Assembly: GCA_913020075.1 (NCBI GenBank)
Contig: CAJWAE010000001.1
Location: 1,425 to 65,424 of the forward strand
Direction of reading: 5' to 3'
From: an uncultured Flavobacteriaceae bacterium
Lineage (GTDB): Bacteria; Bacteroidota; Bacteroidia; Flavobacteriales; Flavobacteriaceae
DNA: 64,000 bases
The position numbers were made by a program, and so were the translations under genes. The notes below the pieces were generated by a model. That model saw only the letters and a program-made list of their open reading frames with translations. It had not been told where the DNA came from and did no database searches. Numbering within the stretch: the stretch's first letter is position 1; every line of letters starts with the position of its first letter. Shown piece after piece: positions 1 through 10,085 of this stretch.

Positions 1-1448
1 GTTTGTTTTCTTATCCAATCCTTAGGAACTTTATCTTTATGAGTGTTACGGACTTCTATATAATACCCAAAGACATTATTAAATGCTATTTTTAAAGACG
101 GAATTTGAGTGTGTTTTGTTTCACGAGCTAACATATCATCTAAATGAACTTGAGAAGTCTTCCTTAAACTTCTTATATCATCTAAATTTTTTGAAAACCC
201 CTCAGCTATGACATTTCCTTTAGAAACTATTACAGGAGCTTCAGGGTGTAAAGTGTTTTTAATTAATTCAATTATATTTTTACATTTAGGCACATACTTA
301 AGTTCATTTTTCAAAGCCACGTTTCCCATGTCTAACAAACTAATTTTTAGCTCTTCTATATGAGTTAAAGAATCCTGTAATTGATATAAAGCCCTTGGAC
401 TTATTTTATCAGTTGCAATTTTGGACATTACCCTTTCAATATCAATAATATTAGAAAAAGCAATTTGAGTAGTATTTAGAAGATTATTACTTTTAATAAA
501 GCCCTGGACTACTTCTTGGCGGGCTTTAATCTGAATTTGATCTAATAATGGGAAAGCAATCCATTGTCGTAATAAACGGCCACCCATAGCTGTTAAGGTT
601 TTATCCATAATTGAAATTAATGGAATCCCTTCAGGGTGATTAGATTGAAATAATTCTAAATTACGCTGGGTAAACCGATCTAACCAAACGTAATTCCCTT
701 GGTTTATGGGAGATATTCGGGTTATGTGTTGCAATTTATGATGCTGAGTTTCTGACAGATAATGTAAAATTGCACCTGCAGAACTTATGCCTGAGGAGTA
801 GTTTTGAATTCCAAAACCGGTTAATGAATTAGTCTTGAAATGATTGTTTAATTTTTCTTTAGCTGTACCTAACTCAAAAGCCCAATCTTCCATATAAAAA
901 CAGTGATATTGACTACCGAACTGTTCTGAAAAAAGTTTCTTTTTCGGCTTGGGAACTAAAATTTCACTTGGAGAAAAACTTTGAAGTAGTTGCTCGATTT
1001 GCTCTGTCAACCCCTCGCCAACCCAAAAATCACCAGTAGAAATATCTAAAAAAGACACTCCCCATTTCTTGTTAAAAAAAACTGCAGCGAGATAATTATG
1101 TTTCTTTTGATCTAAAACATCATCATGTAAAGAAACACCGGGGGTAATTAACTCTGTAACTCCACGCTTTACGATAGTCTTAGTCATTTTAGGATCTTCT
1201 AATTGATCACAAATAGCGACACGAAATCCGGCTTTAACTAACTTAGGCAAATAAGTATTTAAAGAATGGTAAGGAAAACCTGCTAATTCTGTTTCACTAG
1301 CACTCCCGGCTCCTCTTTTTGTTAAAATAATTCCCAAAATACCTGCAGCTTTTATAGCATCTTTGCCAAAAGTTTCATAAAAATCTCCAACACGAAATAA
1401 CAATAGCGCATCTGGATACTTAGCCTTGATGCTATTGTATTGTTTCAT
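1..1448 (-). CDS. mutS: DNA mismatch repair protein MutS, N-terminal ~482 codons (3' part lies beyond the window start)
   Basis: Not in the ORF track because it runs off the edge. My minus-strand translation from ATG at 1448-1446 gives [46 protein letters not shown]...[32 protein letters not shown]. Near position 1 it reads ...[24 protein letters not shown]. An in-frame TTG at 1478 (AKVLKETPL-MKQY) is an alternative start. Confidence 0.9.
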   Translation of the reverse strand, partial: [482 protein letters not shown]

Positions 1449-1589
1449 TAAAGGAGTTTCTTTTAAAACTTTTGCCAAATCTTCGGTTTTTTACGAATGT
1501 ATTTAAAAATTATTTTCTTTTGTAAAAACAAAGATGTAAATCACTATTTAAAAAATAAGAGGTTGTACTTTTGTTTTTTCTCACTAGTT

Positions 1590-2126
1590 ATGCGCAAACT
1601 GAAAAACGAAGAACTCTCAAGAAAAACTATAAAGGATTTTAAAGAGTCTGAAAAAATTCCGTTAACTCTTATTTTAGATAACATTAGAAGTTTAAATAAC
1701 ATAGGTTCAGTGTTTAGAACAGCTGATGCATTTTTAATTGAAAAAATCTATCTATGTGGAATAACAGCAGTACCTCCGCACAAAAACATACATAAAACCG
1801 CATTAGGTGCAACTGAAAATGTAAATTGGGAATATGCAGAAAATACAATTGAAGTTGTTCATAAACTTCAACAAAAAGGAATATCTGTGTGGGTAATTGA
1901 GCAAACTAAAGGAGCTAAATTTTTGAATGATTTTAAACCAAAAAAAAATGCTTCTTATGCTTTTGTTTTTGGAAATGAAGTGCGAGGAGTTTCACAACAA
2001 GTAGTTGATTCTTGTAATCAAGCAATTGAAATTCCTCAGTTTGGAACCAAACATTCTTTGAATATTAGTGTAGCTGGTGGAGTCGTTATGTGGGATTTTT
2101 TTTCTAAAATGAAGCTTTATAAATAG
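1590..2126 (+). CDS. TrmH/SpoU-family RNA 2'-O-methyltransferase
   Basis: ORF 1497..2126. The start was trimmed to ATG 1590 (MRKLKNEEL) because the upstream 31 codons are low-complexity. SpoU motifs: NIGSVFRTADAF, VFGNEVRGVS, IEIPQFGTKHSLNISVAGGVVMW. Confidence 0.8.
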   Translation: MRKLKNEELSRKTIKDFKESEKIPLTLILDNIRSLNNIGSVFRTADAFLIEKIYLCGITAVPPHKNIHKTALGATENVNWEYAENTIEVVHKLQQKGISVWVIEQTKGAKFLNDFKPKKNASYAFVFGNEVRGVSQQVVDSCNQAIEIPQFGTKHSLNISVAGGVVMWDFFSKMKLYK

Positions 2127-3228
2127 AAAACAATATTTTTTGAAAATCTTCTTCATTCATTTCGAAATTTTTTTCTTTAATACTAACAGAAATCACAGGA
2201 AAAGGCAAATCTGATTTTATTAGTTCTTTGTAACCATTTTCTATTTTTTTTAAGTAAGCTTTTTTAATGTCTTTTTCAAAATCACGCCCTCTTTTTTTAA
2301 TTTGAGATTCTAGTTGAGAAATCTCTGCATTTAAATAAACTAAAAGATTTGGGTGTTCTTCTTTATTTATTGAAATATCAAAAAACTGTTTATATTTTTT
2401 AAAATCAGCAACTTTTAAGTTTTGACCTGCAAAAACAAGTGACTTTAATATACTATAATCAGCAACAACGAGTGGTTTTCTTTTTTTCCAAAAGGTTGAT
2501 GCCTGTTGAATTCTATCTTTCAAAAAAAAAGTTTCGACAGCCAAAGCAAACTTTTTAGGATTTTTGTAAAAATCTTTTAAATAAAAATTATTTGTGAAAG
2601 TTTCTGTTAGTAATTCTGTATTATATCTAGTTGCAATTTTTTGAGCTAGCGTAGTTTTTCCAATACCAATGTTACCTTCAATTGCTATATAAGGAAAAGT
2701 ATCAAAGATAGGTGGAGACCAAATTGAAAATTTTAAAGGTTTGCAAATAGTATTATCTGGACTGGATTGTAAAAGTAAAATAATATTCTTTTTTAGTTCA
2801 GGATGCTCATATTTAGGTGCAATTTCTTTTAGCGGAGCTAACACAAAGTTTCGAAGATGTAATTTAGGATGGGGAAGAATCAATTCAAAATCTGAAATAA
2901 TCAAATCATCATAAAAAAGAATATCTAAATCAATTACTCGAGAATTATAACCCACATTAGAATTACGAAGTCTTCCCAATTGAGATTCAATTTCAAGTAA
3001 TGCTTTAAGCAGCTGATGTGGTGATAGCAATGTGTTTATTTTGATACAAGCGTTATAAAAAGAATTGCTCTTAAAGCCCCAGGAAGGGGTCTCATAAATT
3101 GAGGAAAGTCTGTCAATTTCAATATCATTCAAACTAATTAATGCTAATGCTCTTTGAAGATATTCTAAGCGATTACCTTTATTACTTCCTATTGATATGT
3201 AAATTTGATTTTTGTATTCCATATTCAC
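2104..3228 (-). CDS. folK: Fusion protein: HPPK (2-amino-4-hydroxy-6-hydroxymethyldihydropteridine diphosphokinase) N-terminal module plus deoxynucleoside kinase C-terminal module
   Basis: One 374-codon frame. The HPPK part has IYISIGSNKGNR, SSIYETPSWGF, RVIDLDILFY and LILPHPKLHLRNFVLAPL. The dNK part starts at YIAIEGNIGIGKTTLAQKIA (P-loop). Confidence 0.8.
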   Translation of the reverse strand: MNMEYKNQIYISIGSNKGNRLEYLQRALALISLNDIEIDRLSSIYETPSWGFKSNSFYNACIKINTLLSPHQLLKALLEIESQLGRLRNSNVGYNSRVIDLDILFYDDLIISDFELILPHPKLHLRNFVLAPLKEIAPKYEHPELKKNIILLLQSSPDNTICKPLKFSIWSPPIFDTFPYIAIEGNIGIGKTTLAQKIATRYNTELLTETFTNNFYLKDFYKNPKKFALAVETFFLKDRIQQASTFWKKRKPLVVADYSILKSLVFAGQNLKVADFKKYKQFFDISINKEEHPNLLVYLNAEISQLESQIKKRGRDFEKDIKKAYLKKIENGYKELIKSDLPFPVISVSIKEKNFEMNEEDFQKILFSIYKASF

Positions 3229-3254
3229 AATTATTCGACAAAGCTACAAAACCC

Positions 3255-3262
3255 TATATTTG
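3255..3262 (+). promoter_or_regulatory. Bacteroidota -7 promoter box TATATTTG (TAnnTTTG) upstream of sppA
   Basis: Exact match to TAnnTTTG, 19 nt upstream of ATG 3282. Confidence 0.45.
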
Positions 3263-3281
3263 CATCAACAAAAAATTAACC

Positions 3282-5048
3282 ATGAATTTTATCAAAAATT
3301 TCTTTGCTTCAGTTTTAGGAACACTAACTGCATTTATGCTATTCTTTACTTTTATTTTACTCATTATTTCTGCAAGTGCTAGTATTATTGGATCTTCATC
3401 AGGATCAGGAACTATAGTAAGTGGTAGTGTGTTAGATTTAAACTTAAATAAAACAATTACAGATAGAAAACCTAATTTTGATGAACTACAAAATATTTTA
3501 GGTTTGGACGATGAAGTTTTGGGTTTAACTGAAATTTTATCTTCAATTGAAAATGCTAATTCTAATTCTAAAATAGAAGGAATTCGTTTACGTGCTGATT
3601 TTATTAGCGCTGGCTGGGCTCAGACTAGAAGCATTCGAAATGCTCTAAATAAATTCAAGCAAAGTGGAAAATTCATTTATGCTTATGGAGATGTTTATTC
3701 TCAAAAAGGGTATTATTTATCATCTGTTTCAGATTCTGTATTTTTAAATCCAGTTGGTATTTTAGAATTCAAAGGTTTAGCCTCTGAAGTTTTATATTAT
3801 AAAGATTTTCAAGATGAATACGGTATTAAAATGGAAGTAGTGCGTCATGGGAAATATAAAAGTGCCGTAGAACCTTATCTTGAAAACAAAATGAGTTCTG
3901 CTAATCGCTATCAGATCAAAAGTCTTTTAGATGATATTTGGATTACTTTAAAAAATGAAATTGCCATCAGCCGAGGTTTAGAACCGACCAAACTAGATAA
4001 TATAATAAACGAAAAGCAAATTAATATTCCCCAAGATGGTCTAGATCAAAAACTTATTGATGGATTGATCTATGAAGATGATTTTAATAACTTGATCAAA
4101 GAAAAATTAGAAATAGCAACAGATATTAAACTAAAACTAGCTTCTATAAAGACAGTAAGTCAAAGTGCTGAAAACTACAATAGTGATATTAAAGATCGAA
4201 TTGCTGTAGTCTATGCAAATGGTCCAATAATGTATGGAGAAGGTACAGAAAGTATTATAGCTCAAGGAGTTTTTGTAAAAACTCTAGAAGACTTGGCAAA
4301 AGATGACTGGATAAAGGCAGTAGTTTTGCGAGTAGATTCTCCGGGAGGAGTTGCTCTTACATCTGATCTAATTTGGCACGCTACTGAAAAATTAAAAAAA
4401 GAAAAGCCTTTTATAGTTTCTATGGGAAATGTAGCAGCCTCTGGAGGCTATTATATTGCTGCAGGAGCAGATAAAATATTTGCAGACCCTCTAACAATAA
4501 CTGGATCTATTGGGGTATTTGCAACCTTACCCAATGCCTCTGGTTTAATAAAAAATCTTGGTATTCATTCGGAATCGATTGAAACTCATAAAAATGCATT
4601 GGGATATAGTCCTTTTCATCCTTTAACTGATGGCTATAGATCTCAAATTAAAAAAGGAATTGAAAAAACGTATGATACATTTAAAGAAAGAGTCATTCAA
4701 GGGCGTTCACTATCTCCAGAGGCCGTAGAGAAAATAGCTCAAGGGCGAGTATGGACAGGACGACAAGCATTAAAAGTTGGTTTAGTTGATTCTCTTGGAG
4801 GACTTGAAGAGGCAATTAATGCCGCTGCAAAAGCTGCAGGCATTTTGGAATTTAATGAATTAGAATATCCCCAGTTTGAAGAAAATCTCGAAAGTATGAT
4901 TCAAGGAATTACACCTTCATTGAAAATCGAATCAGTTTGGGCAAAATGGGTTCCAGAAAAAATTAAAAATCCATGGCAAGAAATAAACTCTCAAAATTCT
5001 TTACTCTCAATTCAAATGCTTTTGCCTTTCGAATTAAGTATTAATTAA
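3282..5048 (+). CDS. sppA: Signal peptide peptidase SppA, 67K type (two S49 domains)
   Basis: ORF 3141..5048. The start was moved to ATG 3282 (MNFIKNFFASVLGTLTAFMLFF, a TM anchor) because the upstream part overlaps the folK-dNK start. Motifs: RVDSPGG, VSMGNVAASGGYYIA, ITGSIGVF. Confidence 0.85.
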   Translation: MNFIKNFFASVLGTLTAFMLFFTFILLIISASASIIGSSSGSGTIVSGSVLDLNLNKTITDRKPNFDELQNILGLDDEVLGLTEILSSIENANSNSKIEGIRLRADFISAGWAQTRSIRNALNKFKQSGKFIYAYGDVYSQKGYYLSSVSDSVFLNPVGILEFKGLASEVLYYKDFQDEYGIKMEVVRHGKYKSAVEPYLENKMSSANRYQIKSLLDDIWITLKNEIAISRGLEPTKLDNIINEKQINIPQDGLDQKLIDGLIYEDDFNNLIKEKLEIATDIKLKLASIKTVSQSAENYNSDIKDRIAVVYANGPIMYGEGTESIIAQGVFVKTLEDLAKDDWIKAVVLRVDSPGGVALTSDLIWHATEKLKKEKPFIVSMGNVAASGGYYIAAGADKIFADPLTITGSIGVFATLPNASGLIKNLGIHSESIETHKNALGYSPFHPLTDGYRSQIKKGIEKTYDTFKERVIQGRSLSPEAVEKIAQGRVWTGRQALKVGLVDSLGGLEEAINAAAKAAGILEFNELEYPQFEENLESMIQGITPSLKIESVWAKWVPEKIKNPWQEINSQNSLLSIQMLLPFELSIN

Positions 5049-5750
5049 ATGACTGAACAAAAAAAAGAGCTAGCGAAAAAAATATATCTCTATTTAGCCG
5101 CTTTATTTATAACCTCTTTAGTAGTTTCTAATTTAATTTTTCAAAAATTCTTTTATTGGAGACCCTTTGAAATTAATCTTTTTGGAAATCAATTGTTCGA
5201 ACTTTCTGTTGGTATTTTACCTTACCCTATTACATTTTTAATTACAGATTTAATATCAGAAATATATGGTCGTAAAAAAGCGAATCAAGTAGTAGTTGCC
5301 GGTATATTTGCTTCGTTTTTTTCAATCGGGATTTTAATTCTTTCTAACATAGTTCCAGCAATTGAGAATTCACCTATTAACGATGAAACATTTAATGAAG
5401 TTTTCGCGTTATCTCCAATAGCAGTATTAGCATCTATGATTGCATATCTTTTAGCTCAATTCGTAGATATTCGTCTTTATCACTTTTGGAAAAAACTTAC
5501 AAAAGGGAAAATGTTGTGGTTGCGTAATAATTTTTCAACATTTACTTCTCAATTTATTGATACCACTCTGGTTATTGGCCTTTTAAGTGTTTTTAATGTT
5601 TTACAATGGAATCAGTTTTGGGGACTAGTACTATCCGGTTTTTTATTCAAAATTCTTGTTGCTCTACTCGATACTCCCCTATTGTATCTTTTTGTGAATA
5701 TTTTTAGAAAAACCTTTAAAATGGAATCTCATAATGAACTCGAAATCTAA
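5049..5750 (+). CDS. Queuosine precursor transporter (YhhQ/VUT family membrane protein)
   Basis: Multi-TM protein with YPITFLITDLISEIYGRKKA and AYLLAQFVDIRLYHFWK. The ATG directly abuts the sppA stop. Confidence 0.75.
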   Translation: MTEQKKELAKKIYLYLAALFITSLVVSNLIFQKFFYWRPFEINLFGNQLFELSVGILPYPITFLITDLISEIYGRKKANQVVVAGIFASFFSIGILILSNIVPAIENSPINDETFNEVFALSPIAVLASMIAYLLAQFVDIRLYHFWKKLTKGKMLWLRNNFSTFTSQFIDTTLVIGLLSVFNVLQWNQFWGLVLSGFLFKILVALLDTPLLYLFVNIFRKTFKMESHNELEI

Positions 5751-5756
5751 AGCTTA

Positions 5757-6491
5757 ATGAACCCAGAAAAAGAAGGAATAAGGCTTAATAAATACCTCAG
5801 TGAAATTGGTCACTGTTCTCGAAGGGCTGCTGACAAAATGATTGAAGAAGGAAGAATACATGTCAATAGTAAAGCTGTAGTAATGGGTCAAAAAGTAACT
5901 CCAATCGATCGTATTGAAGTAGATGGGATTTTAATTGAAGACAATAAAGAACCTAGTGTATATATAGCATTTAATAAGCCTATTGGTATTGTCTGTACAA
6001 CTGATACTTATATTGAAAAAGATAATATTATAGACTATATTAACTATCCATCTCGAATTTTCCCTATTGGAAGGCTCGATAAACCTAGTGAAGGATTGAT
6101 TTTACTTACCAACGATGGCAATATTGTAAATAAAATTCTTAGAGCGAGAAATAATCACGAAAAAGAATATATAGTTACTGTAAACAAACCTGTAACCAAT
6201 GAATTTATTCAAAAAATGAGTAAAGGCGTTCCAATACTCGACACAATAACGCGAAATTGTATCGTAGAACAAATTCATAAAAAACAATTTCGAATCGTTT
6301 TAACACAAGGTCTCAATCGTCAAATTCGTAGGATGTGTGAATTTTTAAATTATAGGGTCGTTAAGCTAAAACGAATCCGTATCATGAATATCGAACTAGA
6401 TATGGGTATTGGAAAATATCGTGATTTGACTAAAAAAGAAATGAATGAATTAGAATCTTTACTTACCAATTCTCAAAAGCATATTGATTAA
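5757..6491 (+). CDS. rRNA pseudouridine synthase, RsuA/RluF family (S4 domain plus PseudoU_synth_2)
   Basis: S4 motif IRLNKYLSEIGHCSRRAADKMIEEGRI. Catalytic motif FPIGRLDKPSEGLILLTNDG. Confidence 0.8.
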   Translation: MNPEKEGIRLNKYLSEIGHCSRRAADKMIEEGRIHVNSKAVVMGQKVTPIDRIEVDGILIEDNKEPSVYIAFNKPIGIVCTTDTYIEKDNIIDYINYPSRIFPIGRLDKPSEGLILLTNDGNIVNKILRARNNHEKEYIVTVNKPVTNEFIQKMSKGVPILDTITRNCIVEQIHKKQFRIVLTQGLNRQIRRMCEFLNYRVVKLKRIRIMNIELDMGIGKYRDLTKKEMNELESLLTNSQKHID

Positions 6492-7282
6492 CAAATTTCT
6501 ATTTTAACTCGTTGACCTTCATTAGATCGTACATTAAAAACTGTTTGATCTTCAAAAATTAAATATTGTCCTTTAATTCCATTTAATTTTCCTTCATAAT
6601 ATGGTGTCTTAATTATATTAAGACTTTGTACTTTTTCTGGATAATGCAATACAGGAAAGTTTAATTTCAAAGGTGCTTGTTCCATGTTAACAATATAAGG
6701 CTTAAAATCATTAGTTAGGCTATCTATAGCTCTATCTCTTTCTGTTTTCCAATCAATTGGTTCTGTATTATTTTGTAACATCTTTCTCCAGTTAGTTTTG
6801 TCTGAAAAAGACTCCTTAAGCAATACTTCGCCAGCACCTGCCAAATATCGATTAGGAACTTCCAATATTGCTAAAGCTTCGTTAGCGCCTTGATCAATCC
6901 AACGTGTTGGCAACTGATTTTTCCGAGTTACTCCGACTTTTAAGTGGCTACTCAAAGCTAAATAAACAATGTGAGGTTGAAGTTGTATTCTTTTTTCGTA
7001 CTCTAAATTTCGATCTGGTTCTCCTAAATGAGCCTTACTTAATTCAGGGCGCATAATCCAATCTCCAGCTGCAGGATTTTCAAAAAAACAGGATTTACAA
7101 AAACCTTGTCTAAAAATTATTTGTGTTTGATGACAACTTAAACACTGAGAACCTGTGTGACGAATTTTAAGGGTCTTACCTAAAGCTTGATTAAGATGAA
7201 TAAAACCTTGATCCATTGCTAAAAAATAGTTTATGGGATTATCTATTTCTGTTCTCATTTTTTTTAATACACCTTCAAACAT
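6488..7282 (-). CDS. DUF2797-like zinc-ribbon protein of unknown function
   Basis: 264 aa with a four-Cys pattern (SQCLSCHQ...GFCKSCFF). The overall layout matches what I recall of DUF2797. Confidence 0.6.
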   Translation of the reverse strand: MFEGVLKKMRTEIDNPINYFLAMDQGFIHLNQALGKTLKIRHTGSQCLSCHQTQIIFRQGFCKSCFFENPAAGDWIMRPELSKAHLGEPDRNLEYEKRIQLQPHIVYLALSSHLKVGVTRKNQLPTRWIDQGANEALAILEVPNRYLAGAGEVLLKESFSDKTNWRKMLQNNTEPIDWKTERDRAIDSLTNDFKPYIVNMEQAPLKLNFPVLHYPEKVQSLNIIKTPYYEGKLNGIKGQYLIFEDQTVFNVRSNEGQRVKIEIC

Positions 7283-7329
7283 CTGCTCTTAATTAATTAT
7301 TTTTACATTGGTAATATAATGATAATTTT

Positions 7330-8847
7330 ATGCCAATACCCCTATTCAATTCTATTGCATCTTGGATTCTTAAAAAAAGAATTCATCAAATCGAACTTTT
7401 CACTAAGTATCCTCATGAAGTCCAAGCTGAGTTACTACATTATCTTTTGGATAAAGCAAAGCTTACAGAGGTTGGCAAAAGATATGGGTTTAAGGGAATT
7501 ACTAATTATACCGAATTTAAAAATCAAGTTCCACTCAGCACATATGAATCTATAGAATCGCAAATTGAACGTTCTCGAAAAGGAACTCAGAATATTTTTT
7601 GGCCTTCAACTATTAAGTGGTTTGCAAAATCGAGTGGAACAACCAATTCGAAAAGTAAATTCATTCCTGTTAGTATTGAAGCACTTGAAGATTGTCACTA
7701 CAAAGCAGGAAAAGACATGCTTTCTCTTTATTTTAATAACAATGAAGATTCACAATTACTTACAGGAAAGAGCCTTAGATTAGGAGGAAGTAGTGAATTG
7801 TACAATGAAAATAATAGCTATTTTGGAGATTTATCTGCAATCATTATTCAGAATTTACCTTTTTGGGCAGAGTTGAGTAGTACCCCTAGTAATAAAACTT
7901 CGCTAATGGCTGAGTGGGAAACTAAAATGAAAGCTATTGTATCTGAATCTATTCCAGAAAAAGTAACTAGTCTAGCAGGAATTCCCTCTTGGATGTTAGT
8001 TTTACTTCAAAATGTAATTAAAAAAACGGGGAAAAAAGATCTAATCGAAGTTTGGCCAAATGCTGAAGTTTATTTTCACGGAGGAGTAAGTTTTAAACCC
8101 TACAGAAAAATATTTGAAAAACTATTTCCAAAATCTGATTTTAAATTTTACGAAATATATAATGCCTCGGAAGGATTTTTTGCAATCCAAGACCAAAATA
8201 ATTCTGATGAATTATTACTTATGTTGGACTACGGAATTTTTTATGAGTTTATCCCTTTTGAAATTAATAAAAAAGAAGATAATCAAAGAGTAATTAATCT
8301 TACCGAGGTCAAATTAAACAAAAATTATGCTGTTGTAATAACAACCAATGCTGGTCTGTGGCGTTATAAAATTGGTGACACAATTCGCTTTACATGTTTG
8401 TCACCTTTTAGAATTCAAGTTACTGGAAGAACTAAACAACATATTAATGTTTTTGGTGAAGAACTGATAATAGATAATTCAGAAAAAGCTATTGAAAGTG
8501 CATGTAATAAAACTAATTGTATTGTTTCTAATTATACAGCTGGACCAGTTTTTATGAAGGACGGAAAAAAAGGGAAGCATGAATGGATAATCGAATTTGA
8601 AAAAAATCCAAGCGATCTTAAACAATTTATTGATCTGCTAGATAAATTTTTGCAAGCCGAAAATTCAGACTACGAAGCCAAGCGATATAAAAATATCACA
8701 TTAGAAAAGCTGAAATTAAATGTAGCTAGAAAGGGGTTGTTTTATAAATGGCTATCAAAAAGAGGAAAATTAGGAGGACAACATAAGATACCTCGATTAT
8801 CAAATTCTAGAGTTTTAATAGAAGAGCTTCTTAAAATGAATACTTAA
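7330..8847 (+). CDS. GH3 (auxin-responsive promoter) family adenylating enzyme homologue
   Basis: 505 aa. N-terminus [19 protein letters not shown]...EVQAELL, then [19 protein letters not shown] and [12 protein letters not shown], typical of bacterial GH3-family proteins. Confidence 0.75.
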   Translation: MPIPLFNSIASWILKKRIHQIELFTKYPHEVQAELLHYLLDKAKLTEVGKRYGFKGITNYTEFKNQVPLSTYESIESQIERSRKGTQNIFWPSTIKWFAKSSGTTNSKSKFIPVSIEALEDCHYKAGKDMLSLYFNNNEDSQLLTGKSLRLGGSSELYNENNSYFGDLSAIIIQNLPFWAELSSTPSNKTSLMAEWETKMKAIVSESIPEKVTSLAGIPSWMLVLLQNVIKKTGKKDLIEVWPNAEVYFHGGVSFKPYRKIFEKLFPKSDFKFYEIYNASEGFFAIQDQNNSDELLLMLDYGIFYEFIPFEINKKEDNQRVINLTEVKLNKNYAVVITTNAGLWRYKIGDTIRFTCLSPFRIQVTGRTKQHINVFGEELIIDNSEKAIESACNKTNCIVSNYTAGPVFMKDGKKGKHEWIIEFEKNPSDLKQFIDLLDKFLQAENSDYEAKRYKNITLEKLKLNVARKGLFYKWLSKRGKLGGQHKIPRLSNSRVLIEELLKMNT

Positions 8848-10073
8848 GAAACTGCTTTAAGTTTTGGTAATTCAATCTTTGAAAGCTTATCATCGGCATA
8901 TTGCTTGGTAACTTTTAAAGACTTTACATCAGAATGGGGCAATTCAAACATGGCATCATTTAATACTGCCTCACATAATGAACGTAATCCTCGAGCTCCT
9001 AATTCATATTCTAATGCTTTATCTACAATATAATCTAAAGCTCCTGAGGTAAATTCTAATTCAATCCCATCCATATCAAATAGTTGGACATATTGCTTAA
9101 TTAAAGCATTCTTAGGAGCTGTCAAAATCTCACGAAGTGTTGCTTTATCTAAAGGATTCATGTGGGTCAAAACAGGTAATCTTCCAATTATTTCAGGAAT
9201 CAATCCAAAAGATCTAACATCCCGCGGAGTGATATATTGCAATATATTTTCTTTATCAACATTTTGTTGATCTTTTACAGTTTTGTAACCAATTGCTTGA
9301 AGATTTAAACGCTTATTAATATGCGCCTCTATTCCATCAAATGCTCCTCCTGCAATGAATAAGATGTCAGAAGTGTCAACTTCAATAAATTTTTGATCTG
9401 GGTGTTTTCTTCCGCCCTTAGGAGGAACATTAACTACTGTTCCTTCTAATAACTTGAGTAAAGCTTGCTGAACTCCTTCACCTGATACGTCTCTTGTAAT
9501 TGATGGATTATCACTTTTACGTGCAATTTTATCAATTTCATCAATAAAAACAATTCCTTTTTGAGCACGATCTACATCATAATCTGCAGATTGAAGCAGG
9601 CGAGAAAGAATGCCTTCTACATCTTCTCCTACATAACCTGCTTCTGTCAAAACTGTAGCATCAACAATAGCTAAGGGAACTTTTAGTTGTCGTGCAATTG
9701 TCTGAGCTAAAAGAGTTTTTCCTGTTCCAGTAGCACCAATTATCAACACATTACTTTTTTGAATTTCAACACTATCTGCCTTTGAAGAATCTTGAGTCAA
9801 TCGTTTATAATGGTTATATACTGCTACTGAAAGCACTCTTTTTGAAGGTTCTTGTCCTATAACGTAGTCATCCAAAAAAGCTTTAATCTCCTTTGGTGGT
9901 TTTACCTCTATTGGTTCTTCATCTAAATTAGTTTCTGAAGCCTCCTCCTGAACAATTCCGTGTGCTTGAACTATACATCTATCACAAATGTGTGCATCTA
10001 ACCCAGCAATTAATAGTTGTGTTTCTGGTTTAGGTCTTCCACAAAATGAACAGTTTAAATCAGGCTTACTCAT
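8844..10073 (-). CDS. clpX: ATP-dependent Clp protease ATP-binding subunit ClpX
   Basis: Zinc finger CSFCGR...CDRC, Walker [13 protein letters not shown], and [11 protein letters not shown]. Confidence 0.95.
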   Translation of the reverse strand: MSKPDLNCSFCGRPKPETQLLIAGLDAHICDRCIVQAHGIVQEEASETNLDEEPIEVKPPKEIKAFLDDYVIGQEPSKRVLSVAVYNHYKRLTQDSSKADSVEIQKSNVLIIGATGTGKTLLAQTIARQLKVPLAIVDATVLTEAGYVGEDVEGILSRLLQSADYDVDRAQKGIVFIDEIDKIARKSDNPSITRDVSGEGVQQALLKLLEGTVVNVPPKGGRKHPDQKFIEVDTSDILFIAGGAFDGIEAHINKRLNLQAIGYKTVKDQQNVDKENILQYITPRDVRSFGLIPEIIGRLPVLTHMNPLDKATLREILTAPKNALIKQYVQLFDMDGIELEFTSGALDYIVDKALEYELGARGLRSLCEAVLNDAMFELPHSDVKSLKVTKQYADDKLSKIELPKLKAVS

Positions 10074-10085
10074 AGATACATGGTT

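Noticed and set aside
3141-3281. N-terminal 47-codon extension of sppA in the ORF track. The same applies to the upstream extensions of ORFs 1497, 27264, 31215, 33212, 34881, 49572 and 51997.
   Set aside because: The extensions overlap neighbouring genes or promoters and encode low-complexity peptide. Internal ATGs give canonical signal peptides or conserved N-termini, several with a TAnnTTTG box just upstream.
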